NCBI RefSeq assembly: GCF_009914755.1
Contig: NC_060945.1
Source of the DNA: the human T2T-CHM13v2.0 reference genome, Homo sapiens
Direction: 5' to 3' (one strand)
DNA: 64,000 bases
Position numbers and translations under genes: made by a program. Under the pieces are notes generated by a model that saw nothing but the letters and a program-made list of their open reading frames with translations, had not been told where the DNA came from and searched no databases. Each line of letters opens with the position of its first letter. The stretch's first letter is position 1. Shown here in pieces: positions 52,320 to 64,000 of the stretch.

Positions 52320-55189
52320 TAAAGGAATGGAATGGAATCAACCAGCCTGGAATGAAATGGAATGGAAAGGAATGAATGGAATGGAATGGAATGGAATGGA
52401 ATGGAGTAAACCCGAGTGGAATGGAATGGAATGCAATGGAATGGAATGGAATGCAGTGGAATGGAATGGAATGAAATGGAATGGAATGGATTGGAATGGA
52501 ATTGAATGGAATCAACCGTAGTGGAATGGAATGTAATGGAATGGAGTGGAATGCAATGGAATGGAATGGAATGGAATGGAATTGAAGGGAATTGACCCGA
52601 ATGGAACGGATTGGAATGGAATGGAATGGAATGTAATCAAATGGAATGGAATGGAATGGTATGGGATGAACCCGAGTGGAATGGTATGGAATGGAATGGA
52701 ATGGAATAAAATGGAAAGGAATGGAATGGAATCAACCAGACTGAAATGCAATGGAATGGAATGGAAAGGAATCAAGCGGAGTGGAATAGAATGGAATGGA
52801 GTGGAATTGAATGGAATGGAATGGAATGGAATGAAATGGAAAGGAACGGAATGGAATCACCCCGAGTGGAATGGAAAAGAATGGAATGGAATGGAATCAA
52901 CCTGCGTGGAATGGAATGGAACGGAATGGAATGCGATGGAATGGAACGGAATGGAATGGAATGGAACGGAATCATCCCGAGTGGAATGGAATGGTATGGA
53001 CAGCAATGGAATGCAATGGAACAGAATGGAATGGAATGGAATGGAATAAACTGAATCCGAGTGAAATTGAATGGAATGGATTGGATTGGAATGGAATGGA
53101 AGGGATTGGAATGCAATGGAATGGATTCACCCAAGTGGAATGTAACAGTTAGGAATGGAGTGGAATGGAATGGATTGGAATGGAACCAACACGAATGGAA
53201 TGGAACGCAATGAAAACGAATGGTATGGAATGGAATTGAATGGAAAGGAATCAACCCGAATGGAATGGAATGGAATGGAATGGAATGGAATGGAATGGAA
53301 TCAACCAGAGAGCAATGCAATGGAATGGATTGCAACGGAATGGAATGGAATGTAACGGAACGGAACAAATGGAATGAACCCTAATGGAATGGAATGGAAT
53401 GGAATGGATTGGAATGGAATGGAATGGAATCAACCAGAGTGGAATGGAATGGAATGGAATGGAGTGGAATGGAATGGAATTGAATGGAATGGAATAGAAT
53501 GGAATCAACCCGAATGGAATGGAATGGAATGGAATGGAATGGAATGGAAAGGAATGGAATGCATTTGACTGGAATGGAATACAATGGAATCAAGTGGAAT
53601 GGAATGCAATGGAATGGAATGGAAAGGAACTGCATCAACCTGAGTGGAATGGAATGGAATGGAAAGGAATGGATTGGAATGGAATGGAATGGAATCAACC
53701 CGAGTGGAGTTGAATAAAATGGAATGGAATGGAATGGAATGGAATGGAATGGAATGGAATGGAATGGAATAAACGCGAGTGGAATTGAATGGAATGGAAT
53801 GGAAAGGAATGGAATAGAATGGAATGGAATGGAATGGAATGGAATGGAATGGAATGGAATCAACTGGAATGGAATAGAATCAACCCGAGTGGAGTGGAAT
53901 AAATGGAGTGGAATGGAATGGAATCAAGCCGAGTGGAACGGAATGGAATAGAATGGAATGGAATGGAATGGAATGGAATCAACCTGAGTGGAGTGGAATA
54001 AAATGGAATGGAATGGAATGGAATCAAGCCGAGTGGAATGGAATGGAATGGAATGGAGTGGAATGGAATGGAATCAACCCGAGTGGAATGGAATGGAATG
54101 GAATGGAATGGAATGGAATGGAATGGAACGGAATGGAATGCAATAGAATCAACTGGAATGGAATGGAATGGAATGGAATGGAATGGAATGGAATGGAATG
54201 GAATGGAAAGAATCAACCTGAGTCAAATGGAATGGAATGGAATGGAATGGAATGGAATGGAATGGAAACTACTGGAATGGAATGGAAACAAACCGAATGG
54301 AATGGAATGCATTGGAATGTAATGGAAAGGAATGGAATGGAATCAACCCTAGAGGAATGAATGGAATGAAATGGAAAGGAATGGAATGGAATGGAGCAGA
54401 ATTGAATGGTATGGATTCAACCCGAGAGGAATAGTATGGAATGGAATGGAATGGAACGGAATGGAATGGAATAAAATGTAATTGAATGGAATAGAATCAA
54501 CCCACAGGAAATGTAATATAATGGAATGGAATGGAATGGAATGAACCCGAGTGGAATGCAATGGAATGGAATGGAATGGAATGGAATGGAATAAACCATA
54601 GTGGAAAGAAATGGAATATAATGCAATAGAATTGAATGGAATCAACCCGAGTGGAATGGAACAGAATGGAATGAAAAGGAACAGAATGGAAGGCAATGGA
54701 ATGAACTGGAATGGAATGGAAAGCAATGGAATGGAATGGAATGGAATGGAGTCAATCCGGGTGGAATGGAATGGAATGGAATGGAATGGAATGGAATGGA
54801 AAGGAATACATTGGAATGGAATTGAATGGAGTGGAATGGAATGGTATAGCATGGAATGGAATATACCCGAATGGAATGGAACAGAATGGAATGGAAAGGA
54901 ATGGAAAGGAATGGAATGGAATGGAGTGGAATGGAATGGAACGCTACGGAGTCAAACCGGGTCTAATGGAAATAAATGGAATGGAATGGAATGGAATCAA
55001 CCCGAATGGAATGGAATGGAATGGAATGGAAAGGAAAGAATGGAATGGAAGGTCATGGAATCAACCCGAGTGGAATGGAATGGAATGGAATGGAATGGAA
55101 TGGAATGGAATGGAATGGAATGCAAAGGAATGGAATGGAATGGAATGGAATGCAAAGGAATGGAATGGAATGGAACGGAAAGAAACGGA

Positions 55190-55570
55190 ATGGAATGTCA
55201 CGGAATGGAATGAACCCGAATGGAATGGAATGGAATGGATTGGAATGGAATGGAATGGAATCAACTCGAGTGGAATGGAATATAATGGAATGGAGTGGAA
55301 TGGAATGGAATGGAATGGAATGGAGTGGAATGGAATGTAATGTAATGGAATGGAATGGAATCATCACGAATGGAATGGAATGGAATGGAATGGAATGGAA
55401 CGGAACGAAACGGAATGGAATGGAATGGAATGGAATGAACCCGAATGGAATGGAATGGAATGGATTGGAAAGGAATGGAATGGAATCAACTCGAGTGGAA
55501 TGGAATGTAATGGAATGGAGTGGAATGGAATGTAATGGAATGTAATGTAATGGAATGGAATGGAATGTAA
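55190..55570 (+). repeat. ~225-bp diverged tandem duplication
   Basis: TGAACCCGAATGG ... GGATTGG ... TCAACTCGAGTGG begins at 55211 and 55436. Confidence 0.75.
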
Positions 55571-56494
55571 TGGAAGGGAATCATCCGGAATGGAATGGAA
55601 TGGAATGGAATGGAATGGAATGGAATGGAATCAACGCGAAAGGAATGTAATGGAATGGAATGGAATGGAATGGTACGGAATGACCTGAGCAGAATGATAT
55701 AGAATGCAATGGAATGGAACGGAATGGAATGGAATAAAATGGAAAGGAATGGAATGGAATCAACCCGAGTGAAATGGAATGGAATGGAATGGAAAGGAAC
55801 TGAATCAACCTGAGGGGAATGGAATGGAATGGAATGGAATGGAATGGAATGGAATGGAATGGAATGGAATGGAATGGAATCAACTAGAATGGAGTGGAAT
55901 AAAATGGAATGGAATGGAATGGAATCAACCCGATTAGAACGGAATGGAATGGAATGGAATGGAATGGAATGGAATGGAATGGAATGGAATGGAATGGAAT
56001 CAACCCGAGTGGAATGGAATGGAAAGGAATGGAACTGAACTGAATGGAATGCAATGGAATCAAATGGAATGGAATGGAAAGGAATGGAAAGGAATCAACC
56101 CGAGTGGAGTGTAATAAAATGGAATGGAATAGAATGGAATGGAATCAAGCCGAGTGGAATGGAATGGAATGGAATGGAATGGAATGGAATGGAATGGAAT
56201 CAACCCGAGTTGAATGGAATGGAATGCAATGGAATCAACTGGAATGGAATGGCATGGATTGGAATGGAACGGAATCAACATGAATCAAATGGAATGGAAT
56301 GGAATGGAATACAATGGAATGGAATGGAATGGAATGGAACGGACGGAATGGAATGGAATGGAATGGAATGGAATGAAGCCGAATGGAATGGAACAGAATA
56401 GATTGGAATGGAATGGAATGGAATCAACCGGAGTGGAATGGAATGTTATAAAACCGAATGGAATGGAATGGAATGGAATGCAATGGAATGGAAT

Positions 56495-57930
56495 GGAATA
56501 GCATGCAATCAACTTTGGTGGAATGGTATGGAATGGTAAGGAATGGAATGGAATGGAATGGAATGGAATAAAAGGGCATGGAATGGAATGGAATCAACCC
56601 GAGAGGAATGGAATGGAATGGAATGGAATGGAATGGAATGGAATGGAATGGAATGGAAATGAATCAAACCGAGTGGAATGGAATGGAATGGAATGGAATG
56701 AAATGGAAACAATGCAATGCAATGGTATCAACGGGAATGGAATGCATTGGAATGGAATGGAATGGAATCACCCTGAGTGGATAGGAATGGAATGGAAGGG
56801 AATGGAAAGGAATGGAATGGAATGGAAACTAATGGAATGGAATGGAAACAACCCGAGTGGAATGGAATGGAATGGAATGGAATGGAATGGAATGGAATGG
56901 AATACAACAAAATTGAAACAACACGAGTAGAATGGCATGGAATGGAAAGGACTTGAATATAATGGAATGGAGTGGAATGGAATAAACACCAGTGGAATGG
57001 AATGGAATGGAATGGAATTGAATGGAATGGAATGGAAAGGAAAGGAATGGAATCAACCCGAGTGGAGTTGCATGGAATGCAATGGAATCCACCCGAGTGG
57101 AATGGAATGGAATGGAATGCAATGCAATTGAACCGAATATAATGCATTGAATGGAATCATCCCGAGTGGAATGGAATGGTATCTAATGCAATGGAATGGA
57201 ATGGAACAGAACGGAATGGAATGGAAAGAATAGATTGAATCCAAGTGGAATTGAATGGAATGGAATGGATTGGAAAGGAATGGAATGGATTGGAATGGAT
57301 TGGAATGGAAAGGAATGGATTCGACCCGAGTGGAATGTAATGGATTGGAATGGAATGGAATGGAATGGAGTGGAATGGAATGGAATGGAATGGAATCAAC
57401 ACGAATGTAGTGGAACGGTATGGAATGGAATGGAATGGAATGGAATGGAATGGAATGGAATGGAATGAAACGGAAAGGAACAGAATAGAATCAACCCAAG
57501 TGGAATGGAATGGAATGGAATGGAATGGAATGGAATGAAATGGAATGGAAGGGAATCAACACGAGTGGAATGGAATGGAAAGGAATGCAATGAAATGGAA
57601 TGGAATGGAATGGAATGGAATGGAATGGAATGGAGTCAACCCGAGAGGAGTAGAATGGAATGGAATGGAATCAACCCCAGTGGAATGGAATGGAATCGAA
57701 TGCAATAGAATGGAATGGAATGGAATGGAATGGAATGGAATGGAATGGAATGGAATGGAATTCAATGGAATCAACCCGAGTAGAATGGAATGGTATGGAA
57801 TGCAATGGAATGGAGTGGAACAGAATGGAATGGAATGGAATGGAATTGATTGAATCCGAGTGGAATTGAATGGAAGGGAATGCATTGGAAAGGAATGGAA
57901 AGGATTCAACGCGAGTGGAATGTAGTGGAT
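56495..57930 (+). repeat. ~1.4 kb segment duplicated at ~62290-63670 (offset ~5.8 kb)
   Basis: Private words: ACACGAGTAGAATGGCATGG ~56921/62747, AATGCATTGAATGG 57141/62931, TCGACC 57321/63101, ACGAATGTAGTGGAACGGTA 57401/63181 and GAGTCAACCCGAGAGGAGTAG ~57633/63393. Confidence 0.88.
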
Positions 57931-60399
57931 TGGAATGGAGTGGAATGGAATGGAATGGAATGGAATGGAACGGAATCAACACAAATGGAACGGAATGGAA
58001 TGGAATGGAATGGAATGGAATAGAATGGAAAGGAATGCAATGCAATGGAATGGAATGGAATGGAATGAAATGGAATAAACCCGAATGGAATGGAATGGAA
58101 TGGAATGGAATGGAATGGAATGGAATGGAATGAATTGGAATAAACCCGAATGTAATGGAATGGAATGGAATGGAATGGAATAGAATGGAATGGAATGGAA
58201 TGGAATAAACACCAGTGGAATGAAATGGAATGGAATGGAATGGAATGGAATGGAATGGAATGGAATGGAAAGTAATGAAATCAACCCGAGTAGAATGGAA
58301 CAGAATGGAATGGAATGGAATGGAATGGAAAGGAATGGAATCAACTGGAATGGAATGAAATGGAATGCAATGGAGTGGAATGGAATGGAATGCAATGGAA
58401 TCAACAAGATTGAAATGCAATGGAATGGAATGGAATAGAATGGATAGGAATGGAATGGAATGGAATGGAATCAACCCGAGTGGAGTAAAATAAAATGAAA
58501 TGAAATGGAATGGAATGAACCTGAGTGGAACGGAATGGAATGGAATGGAATGGTATCAACCACAGTGGAATGGAATGGAATTGAATGGAATAGAACAGAA
58601 AGGAATGCAATGGCATCAACTGGAATGGAATGGAATGGAATGGAATGGAACGGAATCAACCTTAGTCAAATAGAATGGATTGGAATGGAATGGAATGGAA
58701 TGGAATGGAATGGAATGGAATGGATTGGAAACTACTTGAATGAAATGGAAACAACCCGAGTAGAATGGAATGCAATGGAATGGAATGGAATGGAATGGAA
58801 TGGAACGGAATGGAATGGAACGGAATGGAATGGAATGGTGTGTAAATGAATGGAATGGAATCAACTCGACTGGAATGGAATGGAATGGAAAGCAATGAAT
58901 GGAATGGAATGGAATAGAATGGAATTGTGTGGAATGCAATGGTATGGAATAGAATGGAATGGAACGGAACGGAACGGAATGGAATGGAATTGACCCGAAT
59001 GGAATGGAATGGAATGGAATGGATTGGAATGGAATGGAACGGAATTAACCCGAGTGGAATGGAATGTAATGGAATGGAGTGGAATGTAATGGAAAGGAGT
59101 GTAATGTAATGTAATGGAATGGAGTGGAATGTAGTGGAATGGAGTGGAATAGAATAGAATGGAATCAACAGGAATGGAATGGAACGGAATGGAATGGAAT
59201 GGAATGGAATGGTATGGAATGAAATGGAAAGGAACGGAATAGAATCAACCCAAGTGGAATGGAATGGAATGGAATGGAAGGGAATCAACACGAGTGGAAT
59301 GGAATGGAAAGGAATGCAATGCAATGTAATCAACACGAGTGGAGTAGAATGGAATGGAATGGAATCAACCCCATTGCAATGGAATGGAATGGAATGCCTT
59401 AGAATGGAATGGAATGGAATGGAATGGAATGGAATTCAATGGAATCAACCCGAGTGGAATGGAATGGTATGGAATGCAATGGAATGGAGTGGAACAGAAC
59501 GGAATGGAATGGAATGGAATGGAATTGATTGAATCCGAGTGGAATTGAATGGAAGGGAATGCATTGGAAAGGAATGGAAAGGATTCACCCCGAGTGGAAT
59601 GTAATGGATTGGTATGGAGTGGGATGGAATGGAATGGAATGGAATGGAATCGAATCAACACAAATGGAATGGAATGGAATGGAATGGAATAGAATGGAAA
59701 GGAATGGAATGCAATGGAATGGAATGGAATGGAATGGAATGGAATAAACCCGAATGGAATGGAATGGAATGGAATGGAATGGAATGGAATGGAGTGGAAT
59801 GGAATACACACCAGTGGAATGAAATGGAATGGAATGGAGTGGAATGGGATGGAATGGAAAAGAATGAAATCAACCCGAGTAGAATGGAACAGAATGTTAT
59901 GGAATGGAATGGAATGGAAAGGAATGGAATCAACTGGAATGGAATGAAATGGAATGGAATGGAGTGGAATGAAATAGAATGCAATGGAATCAACAAGAGT
60001 GAAATGCAATGGAATGGAATGGAATGGAATGGAATGGAATGGAATGGAATGGAATCAACCCGAGTGGAGTGAAATAAAATGGAATGGAATGGAACGGAAT
60101 CAACCTGAGTGGAACGGAATGGAATGGAATGGAATGGAATGATATCAACCAGAGTGGAATGGAATGGAATTGAATGGAATGGAATGGAAGGGAATGCAAT
60201 AGAATCAACTGAATTGGAATGGAATGGAATGGAAAGGAATGGAATGGAATGGAAAGGAATCAACCTGAGTCAAATAGAATGGAATGGAATGGAATGGAAT
60301 GGAATGGAATGGAATGGAATGGAAAGGAAACTACTGGAATGGAATGGAAACAACCCGAGTGGAATGGAATGCAGTGGAATGGAATGGAATGGAATGGAA

Positions 60400-61990
60400 T
60401 GGAATGGAATACAACAAAATGGAAACAACCCGAGTGGAATGGCATGCAATGGAAAGGACTTGAATATAATGGAATGGATTGGAATCAACCCGATTAGAAA
60501 CTAATGGAATTGAATGGAATGAAATGGAATAGAATGGAATGGAATGGAATGGAATGGAATCTACCCGAGTGGAATGGAATTGAATGGAATTTAATGGAAT
60601 GGAATGGAATAGAATGGTATGGAATCAACCCGAGTGGAATGGTATAGAATGGAACGTAATGGAACGGAATGGAATGGAATAAAACAGAATGGAATGGAAT
60701 GGAAACAACCCGAGTGGGATGGAATGGAATGGAATGGAGTGGAATGGAATGGAATAGAATGGAATGGAATGAAATGGAATAGAATGAAATGGAAAGGAAT
60801 GGAATGGAAATAACCCGAGTGGAATGGAATGGAATGGAATGGAATGGAATGGAATGGAATCAACCCGAGTTAAATGGAATGGAATGGAATGGAACGGAAT
60901 ATAATGGAATGGAACGGAATCATCCCGACAGGAATGGAATGGTATGGAATGCAATGGAATGGAGTGGAACAGAACGGAATGGAATGGAATGGAATTGATT
61001 GAAACCGAGTGGAATTGAATGGAAGGGAATGCATTGGAAAGGAATGGAAAGGATTCAACCCGAGTGGAATGTAATGGATTGGAATGGAGTGGAATGGAAT
61101 GGAGTGGAATGTAATGGAATGGAATGGAATCAACACAAATGGAATGGAATGGAATGGAATGGAATGGAATAGAATGGAAAGGAATGGAATGAAAAGGAAT
61201 GGAATGGAATGGAATGAAATGGAATAAACCCGAATGGAATGGAATGGAATGGAATGGAATGGAATGGAATGGAATGAATTGGAATAAACCCGAATGGAAT
61301 GGAATGGAATGGAATGGAATGAAATGGAATGGAATGGAGTGGAATGGAATGGAGTGGAATGTAATGGAATGGAATGGAATCAACACAAATGGAATGGAAT
61401 GGAATGGAATGGAATGGAATAGAATGGAAAGGAATGGAATGAAAAGGAATGGAATGGAATGGAATGAAATGGAATAAACCCGAATGGAATGGAATGGAAT
61501 GGAATGGAATGGAATGGAATGGAATGAATTGGAATAAACCCGAATGGAATGGAATGGAATGGAATGGAATGAAATGGAATGGAATGGAGTGGAATGGAAT
61601 AAACACCAGTTTAATGAAATGGAATGGAATGGAATGGAAAGTAATGAAATCAAACCGAGTAGAATGGAACACAATGGAATGGATTGGAATGGAATGGAAA
61701 AGAATGGAATCAACTGGAATAGAATGAAATGGAATGGAATGGAGTGGAATGTAATGGAATGCAATGGAATCAACAAGAGTGAAATGCAATGGAATGGAAT
61801 GGAATAGAATGGAATCAACACGAGTGGAGTGAAATAAAATGGAATGGAATGGAATACAATCAACCTGAGTGGAACGGAATGGAATGGAATGGAATTGAAT
61901 GGAATGGAACGGAATGGAATGCAATGGAATGAACTGGAATGGAATGGAATGGAATGGAATGGAACGGAATCAACCTGAGTCAAAAAAATG
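60400..61990 (+). repeat. Distal copy of a left-domain module (homologous to ~6520-7690 and ~14030-15440)
   Basis: TAAAACAGAATGG (~6801/14314/21551/28561/60680), CCGAGTTAAATGG (~6981/14499/21786/60866) and ACCAGTTTAATGAAA (~7466/14984/22226/29236/61605) occur in the same order. Confidence 0.85.
61081..61580 (+). repeat. Perfect 250-bp tandem duplication
   Basis: 61081-61330 and 61331-61580 were identical when compared 10-mer by 10-mer. ORFs 61199 and 61449 are offset by 250. Confidence 0.95.
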
Positions 61991-63239
61991 GAATGGAATG
62001 GAATGGAATGGAATGGATTGGAAACTACTGGAATGGAATGGAAACAACCCGAGTGGAATGGAATGCAATGGAATGGAATGGAGGGGAATGGAATGGAATG
62101 GAATGGAATGGAATCAACACGAGTGGACTGCAACGGAAAGAAATGGAATGGAATGCAATGGAATGGAATGGAACGGAACGGAACGGAACGGAATTGAATG
62201 GAATGGAATCAACCAAAGTGGAAAGGAATGGAATGGAATGGAATGGAATGGAATGGAATGGAATGGAATGCAATGGAATGGAATGGAATGGAATAGCATG
62301 CAATCAACTTTGGTGGAATGGTATGGAATGGTAAGGAATGGAATGGAATGGAATGGAATGGTATGGAAGGGAATGGAATAAAAGGGCATGGAATGGAATG
62401 GAATCAACCCGAGAGGAATGGAATGGAATGGAATGGAATGGAATGGAATGGAATGGAATGGAAATGAATCAAACCGAGTGGAATGGAATGGAATGGAATG
62501 GAATGGAATGGAATGGAATGGAATGGAAACAATGCAATGCAATGGTATCAACGGGAATGGAATGCATTGGAATGGAATGGAATGGAATCACCCTGAGTGG
62601 ATAGGAATGGAATGGAAGGGAATGGAAAGTAATGGAATGGAATGGAAACTAATGGAATGGAATGGAAACAACCCGAGTGGAATGTAATGTAATGGAATGG
62701 AATGGAATGGAATGGAATGGAATGGAATACAACAAAATGGAAACAACACGAGTAGAATGGCATGGAATGGAAAGGACTTGAATATAAAGGAATGGAGTGG
62801 AATGGAATAAACACCAGTGGAATGAAATGGAATGGAATGGAATTGAATGGAATGGAATGGAAAGGAAAGGAATGGAATCAACCCGAGTGGAATGGAATGG
62901 AATGGAATGCAATGCAATTGAACGGAATATAATGCATTGAATGGAATCATCCCGAGTGGAATGGAATGGTATCTAATGCAATGGAATGGAATGGAACAGA
63001 ACGGAATGGAATGGAAATAATAGATTGAATCCAAGTAGAATTGAATGGAATGGAATGGATTGGAAAGGAATGGAATGGATTGGAATGGAAAGGAATGGAT
63101 TCGACCTGAGTGGAATGTAATGGATTGGAATGGAATGGAATGGAATGGAGTGGATTGGAATGGAATGGAATGGAATCAACACGAATGTAGTGGAACGGTA
63201 TGGAATGGAATGGAATGGAATGGAATGTAATGAAACGGA

Positions 63240-64000
63240 AAGGAACAGAATAGAATCAACCCAAGTGGAATGGAATGGAATGGAATGGAATGGAATGGAA
63301 TGAAATGGAATGGAAGGGAATCAACACGAGTGGAATGGAATGGAAAGGAATGCAATGAAATGGAATGGAATGGAATGGAAAGGAATGGAATGGAGTCAAC
63401 CCGAGAGGAGTAGAATGGAATGGAATGGAATCAACCCCAGTGGAATGGAATGGAACGGAATGCAATAGAATGGAATGGAATTGAATGGAATGGAATTCAA
63501 TGGAATGAACCCGAGTGGAATGGCATGGTATGGAATGCAATGGAATGGAGTGGAACAGAACGGAATGGAATGGAATGGAACTGATTGAATCCGAGTGGAA
63601 TTGAATGGAAGGGAATGCATTGGAAAGGAATGGAAAGGATTCAACCCGAGTGGAATGTAATGGATTTTAATGGAGTGGAATGGAATGGAATGGAATGGAA
63701 TCAAAACAAATGGAAAGGAATGGAATGGAATGGAATAGAATGGAAAGGAATGGAATGTAACGGAATGGAATGGAATGGAATGAAATGGAATAAACACGAA
63801 TGGAATGGAATGGAATGGAATGGAATGGAATGGAATGGAATGGAATGGATTGGAATGGAATGGAATGAATTGTAATAAACCCGAATGGAATGGAATGGAA
63901 TGGAATGGAATAGAATGGAGTGGAATGGAATAAACACCAGTGGAATGCAATGGAATCGAATGGAATGGATTGGAATGGAATTGAATGGAATGGAATGGAA
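63240..64000 (+). repeat. Copy of the window start (~80-800), offset ~63.19 kb
   Basis: GGCATGGTATGG, AACTGATTGAATCCG, GGATTTTAATGG, TCAAAACAAATGG (512 vs 63701) and ATAAACACGAATGG are shared in order between the two ends. Confidence 0.88.

Larger units (their letters stand above)
1..64000 (+). repeat. Human Satellite 3-type (HSat3/SatIII) pericentromeric satellite array, (GGAAT)n purine-rich strand on +
   Basis: Seen: GGAAT pentamers with point variants (GCAAT, GAAAT, AGAAT, GTAAT, GGATT, GGAAC, GGAGT) across the whole window, in one orientation, with no non-satellite interruption. Established: (GGAAT)n plus interspersed CAACCCGA(G/A)T defines HSat3, whereas HSat2 is dominated by GAATCGAATG/CATTCGATTC, which is rare here. 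Confidence 0.98.

Noticed and set aside
55816-55880. Longest pure (GGAAT)n tract noticed (~13 units) as an SCA31-like expansion
   Set aside because: The length is ordinary for HSat3. The SCA31 repeat is a kb-scale insertion in unique intronic sequence, which is absent here.
1-64000. Hundreds of ORFs (poly-WNGME on +, poly-FHSIP on -), including 470, 466 and 502 aa ORFs at 16944-18356, 26724-28124 and 60625-62133
   Set aside because: The pentamer has no stop codon in any frame. The ORFs overlap in all six frames, are pure low-complexity repeats, and are opened or closed at random by 5-bp indels between near-identical copies. They are not called as CDS.
1-64000. CRISPR-like repeat/spacer pattern from recurring CAACCCGAGT
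   Set aside because: The intervening sequence is GGAAT repeat of variable length, not unique spacers. There are no cas genes or leader, and the context is a eukaryotic satellite.
1-64000. HSat2, alpha satellite or telomeric repeat
   Set aside because: GAATCGAATG is rare, and I saw no 171-bp monomer, CENP-B box or TTAGGG tract.
1-64000. Assignment to a specific array (chr9 SatIII, Yq12 DYZ1, chr15 or other acrocentrics) or to a species
   Set aside because: It needs a k-mer or alignment search that I cannot run. No regular 3.5 kb (DYZ1-like) or 1.8 kb period is evident, and apes carry related satellites.
1-64000. Canonical heat-shock elements (inverted nGAAn arrays)
   Set aside because: GAA units are in direct orientation. 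TTC is scarce on + and I saw no GAAnnTTCnnGAA, so no discrete regulatory site is called.
1-64000. G-quadruplex potential on the G-rich strand
   Set aside because: G runs are almost all GG, and GGG is sporadic and not clustered, so there is no canonical three-tier G4 motif.

Overview
The whole 64-kb window is one uninterrupted block of primate, human-type Satellite 3 (HSat3/SatIII). It consists of diverged (GGAAT)n pentamers on the + strand, interspersed roughly every 50-150 bp with the HSat3-diagnostic CAACCCGA(G/A)T decamer and its decay variants. I see no credible gene, RNA gene, transposon, CRISPR array, strand switch or unique sequence. All ORF-track entries (poly-WNGME on +, poly-FHSIP on -) arise because the pentamer has no stop codon. 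The informative content is a nested higher-order structure traced by rare variant words. (1) A left domain (~1-22 kb) of ~7.1-7.6 kb units, with a ~14.7 kb super-period. (2) A near-identical ~7.0 kb tandem duplication (18.2-31.8 kb). (3) A near-identical ~5.5 kb tandem duplication (32.0-43.0 kb). (4) A more diverged patchwork domain (~43-56 kb) with local 95 bp to 1.1 kb tandems. (5) A return to left-domain modules after ~56 kb, ending in a copy of the window's first ~0.7 kb at an offset of ~63.2 kb, which may indicate a macro-repeat. I could not find a new gene-based system. Species, chromosome and HSat3 subfamily cannot be assigned by eye. All boundaries were read manually and are approximate (about +/-50 bp).
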